A stretch of DNA of 60,403 bases from an uncultured Gemmatimonadota bacterium (GTDB lineage Bacteria; Gemmatimonadota; Gemmatimonadetes; Palauibacterales; Palauibacteraceae), in the NCBI GenBank assembly GCA_964550085.1, contig CAZJXR010000002.1, positions 1 through 60,403 on the forward strand. Direction: 5' to 3'. Every line of letters starts with the position of its first letter. The first letter of the stretch is position 1. The position numbers and the translations under genes were made by a program. This document shows positions 55,293 to 60,403 of this stretch, in pieces. Below the pieces are notes generated by a model, which was given only the letters and a program-made list of their open reading frames with translations, had not been told where the DNA came from and ran no database searches.

Positions 55293-56111
55293 TCAGGGAA
55301 GCGCGGCGATCCAGGCTCCCTCTTCCAGCCACTTCTGACGCAGCTGGTCGAGCACCGTCGTCCGTTCCAGGGTCTCGATGTAGTTGTCGACCAGGTTCAC
55401 GAGCTGCGGATCGCTGGCCGGGATCGCGATGCCGATCGGCTCCAGGGTGAGTGGCTCGTTGAGGGTCGCCAGACCCCGGTCCGGGTAGCGCAGCATGGTG
55501 ATGAGGCAGATCGGCATGTCCGCCACCAACGCGTCGACCTCGTCGTTCAGCACCATCTGCACCGCGGAATCGTAGTCCTGGACGGTGACCAGCTGCGCTT
55601 CCGGCGCGAAGCGCTGAACGAAATGCTGGCTCGTCGAGTTGGCAAGCGCCGCGAGCTTCACCGATCCGTTGTTCAGGTCGATGACAGAGTCGGCTCCGGC
55701 CAGGGTAGCCGACTTGGTCAGAATCGATTTGCCCGACAGCATGTACGGACCGACGAACGATACGCTCCGCGAGCGCTCGGCGGTGATCGTCATGCCGGAC
55801 ATCACCATGTCCACATCACCCGCCTCCAGCGCCGCCAGCAGTTGGCCGAACGGACGCGTCACGATGCTCAGCTCCACTTCCATGGCGTTGGCCAGGATGT
55901 TGGCCAGGTCGACCTCGATCCCGATCATGGAACCCGTGCGGCTCTGGACGTTGAACGGCGGCTGGGTGCCCGACATTCCGACCCGGAGCTGGCCCGATGA
56001 GAGAATCCGGTCGAGGACGGGCGACTCCTGGGCAGCGACCCGACTCGAACCCGCGACCAGGAAGCCGAGGACAAACGCGAAGAGGAGCACGATTCGACCG
56101 AGGCGAGACAT
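55293..56111 (-). CDS. amino-acid ABC transporter substrate-binding protein (family 3 SBP)
   Basis: Start ATG 56111 with signal peptide. LRVGMSGTQPPF....G...G.EVDLA, DMVMSGMTIT.ER, VDALVADMP. No cognate permease/ATPase genes are adjacent. Confidence 0.85.
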   Translation of the reverse strand: MSRLGRIVLLFAFVLGFLVAGSSRVAAQESPVLDRILSSGQLRVGMSGTQPPFNVQSRTGSMIGIEVDLANILANAMEVELSIVTRPFGQLLAALEAGDVDMVMSGMTITAERSRSVSFVGPYMLSGKSILTKSATLAGADSVIDLNNGSVKLAALANSTSQHFVQRFAPEAQLVTVQDYDSAVQMVLNDEVDALVADMPICLITMLRYPDRGLATLNEPLTLEPIGIAIPASDPQLVNLVDNYIETLERTTVLDQLRQKWLEEGAWIAALP

Positions 56112-56269
56112 GGCGGTTCCTTTCCGGTGGTGGGGTGGCCGGGCCCGGCGGTTCGAGAGGAGCACAGTGAGCGGCCGGCGGCCCGTCGTCAAGCGACCCG
56201 CGACGGCAACCCGGCCGAACCATCACACCGGGCTATCGACCGGCGAGCGCCAACGCGCCTCACGGGCTT

Positions 56270-58798
56270 CTAGTAGCTGACGCTGATTCCGGCGCTGGTC
56301 ACGAAGCGGCGCACTTCCGGGTTCGCCTCGCGGCCGAGATCGAACTGAAGACCCGTGTCCGGATCCACGAACACGGCGTTCACGTCGAGCCCGAGCCGGT
56401 TCCAGTAGAAGGCCGCGTCGAACCGCAGCCCGATATCGATTCCGCGGAAGAGATTCTCGTGACGACTCCGCACGGGCAGCCACTCGACGCCGGCCCCCAG
56501 ATGCCACGTGTCGGGCCAGATGATGTCGAACAGGTTGCCCGGCTTGCGCACCCACGGGCCGTCCGGCGGGTCGATGAGCTGCCCGTCCACGGTCACGTTC
56601 TCCACCCGATACCAGCTCGATCCATACCCTCCCTGGAGATACGGAAGCACGGCGCGGGTGAGGAAGTTCCAGCGCAGGGTTCCCGCGTATTCCCAGAAGT
56701 TCAGGTCCGTCTCCAGTCGCGCCGTCTCACCGGTCTGAAACAGGATGTCGGCCCCGAGGGAGCTGTTCGTGTGGCGAACCGTGTTTCGGCTGCTGAAGCG
56801 GTCGCCGACGTAGAAGTCGATGCCGACGAACGGACCCACCGCGAGATCGGCGAACTGCTCGGAGCCGACCGCGATCGTGTCGACCGTCGCCAGCGCATTC
56901 AGGATGGCACTCGCCTGGTCCTGGTTGACCATCAGTGCGACGTAGTCGGTCGGAAACCGCTGCACGGTCACCCCGCCGACCAGTCCGAAGAATCGGACCG
57001 GCGACCGACCGGTGGGATAGAACACCGGATCCAGCCTCCCGAACAGCGCCTGGAGCGGCGGCCCGACCAGCTGCCACAACAGGTCGATCGGGGGCAGGAA
57101 GACCATCGTGGGGAGCGTGAGGTTGAAGTATCCCCACGTATTGTCGAACCGGTCCTGCCAGGCGAGAGGAAAGGCGGCGGAGAACTTGAGCGGAGCGTAT
57201 GCCTTGTAGAGGTCGGTGGCGCCGGACCGGTTCCAGCCGGAGTTGTAGGACGGCCCGACCACCGACAGGTTACCCGTCTCCGCGTGCTCGATGATGCCGG
57301 CAAACGGCGACACGACCGTCGGATAGCCCCAGTGGGCTGGAAGCACCAGCCACGCCCACTCCCTCCGCGACTCGGGCCTCGTCTGCACCAGCTCGACCAC
57401 GCTCTCCCAGTCCGGGATGACGCGGACCTTGTCGGGCTGGTCGAACATCGGTTCGGCGTGCCCGCGCCGGAAGCGGTCCGGGTTCCGACGCTCCGCCTCG
57501 GACGGCGGCGCCGCGTACCAGGCCCGGTGATCGAAGTGGACCTGGACCTGCTCGGCGGCCCCGGCCGGCCCGATGTCCTTCCAGAGTCCGGGAAAGGGAT
57601 AGGTGGCGTGTGAGTCCCGGTTCTTCCCTCCGGGAGGCTTCAGAGCCTGGTCGGTCCCTTTGTTGTCGGCGCCGATGTAGGCGACCGAATGCGTGTTAAT
57701 CCGGGTCTCGCCCTCGTCCGCGTAGGCGACGAAGCGGACGTGTTCCCAGAACCACTTCTCGCGCTCGGTCTCTTGAGCCAGACTGTCGACCTGTCGCTCC
57801 CAGACGTCGCGATTCTGATACACGTTGGGGCGGCCGAAGTCGAGGGTGTACACCTTGCTGTGGAAGTAGTACTCAACCCGGTCGATCACCAGCTCGGCGC
57901 CCGAGCGCACGTCCGGGTCGGTGAGACCTTCGCCTCGCAGGATGCTCCGGATCTCCTCGGCGGTCATCGGCCGCCCCACCGCGGCGAGCGGCGAAATGAG
58001 GACGTTGATGTGCTCCCAGTCCCCGAAGTGATTGTTGCCACCGTCGTTCAACGGGTAGAAGAACCAGTACTGGATGACGAAGTCGTAGCCGAGCAGCTTG
58101 CCGTCGCCGTCACGCACTGCGTCGATGAACGGGTGCACCTGGAGCTGCGCCCAGTGCGCGAACGGGGCGGGAAGCGCTTTCTCGGAGGTGCGGTAGATCT
58201 CCCGCCAGCCTTTCTCGCTCCCGTCTCCCGGCAGCTCGAAGTACAGGATCTGGAGCGAATCCACCTTGGCGCCGGCGCTGCTGCGCTCCCAGTACTCGTT
58301 CCGGAGCCGGTTCGGATCGTAACGCTGGAGTAGTCCGATGAGGCGGCAGTCTGCGCTGTCGCCTCCGACATCCTCGCACGCGGAGCCGAGCTCGGACCAG
58401 CGGATGAACTCCGAGCGCATGATTGACGCGCTCTCCCCCTGCGTATCCCAGGTGTCGACCTGCAACCCGTCGGCATCCACGAATTGCATCATGTCGAGCG
58501 GGACCATAGTGCTGTTGAGCACCATAAACGGGGCAAAGCGTGACGCGATCTCGCCCAGCACGGCGTGCCGCCGGTCATCGATCCCATCGCCGTTCGCGTC
58601 GCGGTAATCGGCCGCTGTCGGATCGCCGAACAGGTGAAAGAAAGCGCTTCCGGCCGTCTGGTCGACCGGCCTTGGAACGTCGAGCGGGATGTAACGCAGG
58701 TAGTCCTCGCGCGGCGTCTTCTGGGCGAACGCCGGCGCTGCCGCGAGACCGAGCGTCAGCGTCGCCGCCGCCACGCACCTCCGAATCGTCTCGATCAT
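56270..58798 (-). CDS. secreted fusion protein: Vps62/DUF946-like domain plus C-terminal outer-membrane beta-barrel
   Basis: Signal peptide (ATLTLGLAAAPAFAQ). YWFFYPLNDGGNNHFGDWEHINVLI (58010-58024 encodes GDWEH). The last ~280 aa alternate hydrophobic/polar with Gly/aromatic girdles and end ...TSAGISVSY (aromatic C-terminus, beta-signal-like). Confidence 0.6.
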   Translation of the reverse strand: MIETIRRCVAAATLTLGLAAAPAFAQKTPREDYLRYIPLDVPRPVDQTAGSAFFHLFGDPTAADYRDANGDGIDDRRHAVLGEIASRFAPFMVLNSTMVPLDMMQFVDADGLQVDTWDTQGESASIMRSEFIRWSELGSACEDVGGDSADCRLIGLLQRYDPNRLRNEYWERSSAGAKVDSLQILYFELPGDGSEKGWREIYRTSEKALPAPFAHWAQLQVHPFIDAVRDGDGKLLGYDFVIQYWFFYPLNDGGNNHFGDWEHINVLISPLAAVGRPMTAEEIRSILRGEGLTDPDVRSGAELVIDRVEYYFHSKVYTLDFGRPNVYQNRDVWERQVDSLAQETEREKWFWEHVRFVAYADEGETRINTHSVAYIGADNKGTDQALKPPGGKNRDSHATYPFPGLWKDIGPAGAAEQVQVHFDHRAWYAAPPSEAERRNPDRFRRGHAEPMFDQPDKVRVIPDWESVVELVQTRPESRREWAWLVLPAHWGYPTVVSPFAGIIEHAETGNLSVVGPSYNSGWNRSGATDLYKAYAPLKFSAAFPLAWQDRFDNTWGYFNLTLPTMVFLPPIDLLWQLVGPPLQALFGRLDPVFYPTGRSPVRFFGLVGGVTVQRFPTDYVALMVNQDQASAILNALATVDTIAVGSEQFADLAVGPFVGIDFYVGDRFSSRNTVRHTNSSLGADILFQTGETARLETDLNFWEYAGTLRWNFLTRAVLPYLQGGYGSSWYRVENVTVDGQLIDPPDGPWVRKPGNLFDIIWPDTWHLGAGVEWLPVRSRHENLFRGIDIGLRFDAAFYWNRLGLDVNAVFVDPDTGLQFDLGREANPEVRRFVTSAGISVSY

Positions 58799-58799
58799 T

Positions 58800-60341
58800 T
58801 CAGCCAGGGCATCCAGTCCGATAGGGTTCTTCGACCTGCTGACAGAAGGAGCGCAGTTCGGCCGCGCTGATCGGGAGGCTCTTCGCCCGGCTGAAGATGG
58901 TCCGGTAGCACGCCTTCTTGTCGTCGGCGCTCTTCAGCCGGGTGCAGAACTCGACCGCCAGGCCGGCACCACTCGCATCCCAGAAGTAATCCTGAACCGC
59001 GCCGACCAGGCAGTTCCGGCGGTCGGTCGGATCCTCGACCTCGTCGCAGCGACGAATCGCTTTCTTGGGCTTCTGTCGCGAGACGGATGCGACGTCGCGA
59101 CCCATGCTCTGGTAGCACAGGCGTCGCGCTTGCTCAGGAGCCTCGGCGCACGCCTCGGCCACTCTCTCGAAATCGTTGTCGAACAGCGCCGCCATGCGCG
59201 ATGTCTGATAGAAGTAGCAGTCGCTCGCGTAGCGCTCATCGAGGATGTTGCACGGGTAGTGCGGATCGTCCGAAAGATACTGGGTGACGTGCCCCATCAT
59301 TCCGGACAGGCCGCCCACCACGTTCTCCATGAACACTCCCGAGTAGCACGACCGACGATCGCGCGGCTCGCCGACGTGGTCACACAGGCCGAGGGCATCG
59401 GGCAGCTCGTAGCTGGTCCATGCCATCAGGCCGTGGCCGACTCCATGCATGCACTGATGGCGGAAGAACCGGTTGGGCGCGCTCCCGCACAAGACCTCGA
59501 TGTCCGACTCCAGGTCGAGCGTGCCGCGCTCCCGGAACAGCGCCTCGGTCGCCCCGTGGAAGCTCCCCGAGTGGCACTCGTGACCGGAGACGGAGAGGGC
59601 GTGGGCGCCAAACAGCTCGTATCCGATGCGGCCGACCTCGTGCGCGCGCTGATGGCAGCCTCCCTTGACCCGCGACGACTGCGTCGCCAGCTGATGCACG
59701 ATGGCGGCCGGCCCGTAGCGCCGGATGAATTCGGTCAGCAGCACATCGTCCTCGTACAGCTTCATCGTCTCACGGCGCGACAGTGGCTCGAGGGTCTCGA
59801 AGCGCACGTCCTCCGGCTCCACTCTCGAGAGCGCCGCCCGGGCGGCGACCTCATCTTCCCCCCTGACCACCACCAGCCCGGTCTGTGATGGCAGCAGGTG
59901 GTTGTGATATCGCCAGAAGCCCGGCCGCTCGAAGATCATCGCCCACGCCTCGCCGGCGGGGATCACGCCCCGCGAGTCGAAATCGGGGTAGATGGCATGT
60001 GTGGGGGGGATGTGCGACGCCGGCCACACGAGGGCGCGCGCTTGGTTGGCAAACACCACCGTCTCGCCGGCCTCGATGTCGACACGTTGAGGGGAGAAGC
60101 CGTCGGCCGAGAAGCGCACGACCGCGGCCGCGCTCGTCGCTGCCGGAACCAGATTGAGCGCCTCAGGTAGTTCGGCGGGAAATTGAGCTGGAGCCCCCTC
60201 CGGCCGATCGCAGGCGATCAGGCCGGTGAGCGTCAGCCAGGCGAATCGGCCGGCCAGAATCGTCAAGCAAACCCGAGGGGATCGAGGCACGTTTTTTGGT
60301 GTTGCTGGGTGACCGGCGACGCCCGATCGACTCCCATTCAA
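58800..60341 (-). CDS. lipoprotein with N-terminal cupredoxin-like domain and ~330-aa Cys/His-rich helical repeat region
   Basis: Lipobox LTGLIAC. Beta-sandwich-like segment VRFSADGFSPQRVDIEAGETVVFANQ...FWRYHNHL, followed by seven C-x(10-11)-C units. Its stop (58800) lies 1 nt before the start of the downstream gene (58798). Confidence 0.55.
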   Translation of the reverse strand: MNGSRSGVAGHPATPKNVPRSPRVCLTILAGRFAWLTLTGLIACDRPEGAPAQFPAELPEALNLVPAATSAAAVVRFSADGFSPQRVDIEAGETVVFANQARALVWPASHIPPTHAIYPDFDSRGVIPAGEAWAMIFERPGFWRYHNHLLPSQTGLVVVRGEDEVAARAALSRVEPEDVRFETLEPLSRRETMKLYEDDVLLTEFIRRYGPAAIVHQLATQSSRVKGGCHQRAHEVGRIGYELFGAHALSVSGHECHSGSFHGATEALFRERGTLDLESDIEVLCGSAPNRFFRHQCMHGVGHGLMAWTSYELPDALGLCDHVGEPRDRRSCYSGVFMENVVGGLSGMMGHVTQYLSDDPHYPCNILDERYASDCYFYQTSRMAALFDNDFERVAEACAEAPEQARRLCYQSMGRDVASVSRQKPKKAIRRCDEVEDPTDRRNCLVGAVQDYFWDASGAGLAVEFCTRLKSADDKKACYRTIFSRAKSLPISAAELRSFCQQVEEPYRTGCPG

Positions 60342-60403
60342 TCGGGTACGCCAGTATCCTGCACCCGGCGCACCACCGCAACCACCCGGTGGCCGTGCTC
60401 ACC

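Noticed and set aside
60163-60402. 79-aa minus-strand ORF at the window edge
   Set aside because: It overlaps the 5' end of the lipoprotein gene in another frame, is Arg/Ser-rich and is truncated by the window edge, so there is no support.

Overview
GC-rich (roughly two-thirds G+C by eye) bacterial chromosomal segment. The gene content (b558-type sdhC, S46 and P1 peptidases, GMC oxidoreductase with a gluconate-DH subunit-3 partner, many lipoproteins) suggests a Gemmatimonadota-like organism, but that is inference only. I support about 58 protein genes. I found no rRNA, tRNA, CRISPR array, transposase or integrase. Most of the window is ordinary core genome: sdhCA, mdh, a moaDEA operon, an aminotransferase, HU/IHF, sppA, carA and rnhA. 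These are followed by a ~17 kb single-strand housekeeping array (secG-tpiA-pgk-gap-comF-aroE-PTP-tsaC-ispD-radA-dnaB-udg-coaBC-rpoZ-gmk-yicC-OMP-pepA). The rest comprises rocD, a cyclophilin, plsC, an S46 peptidase, an NAD-type formate dehydrogenase cluster, ETF-QO, trkHA, several peptidases, a GMC oxidoreductase pair and a solute-binding protein. Nothing matches a known defence or mobile system. The most unusual loci are: (1) a formate dehydrogenase alpha subunit split into two ATGA-coupled ORFs, where the catalytic half begins with a TubC-N-like docking motif and the Fe-S half has lost one cluster site; (2) a large JAB/MPN-like, disordered-linker, single-TM protein; (3) a two-gene operon encoding a Cys-repeat lipoprotein and a Vps62-like domain fused to an outer-membrane beta-barrel; (4) a ~30% GC island with a stand-alone small Lys-rich gene that has its own intrinsic terminator. 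Several short tandem duplications and direct repeats are also recorded. The ORF track writes M for GTG starts (checked at pepA, carA, CPBP), and many track ORFs are 5'-over-extended; my start coordinates are best estimates.
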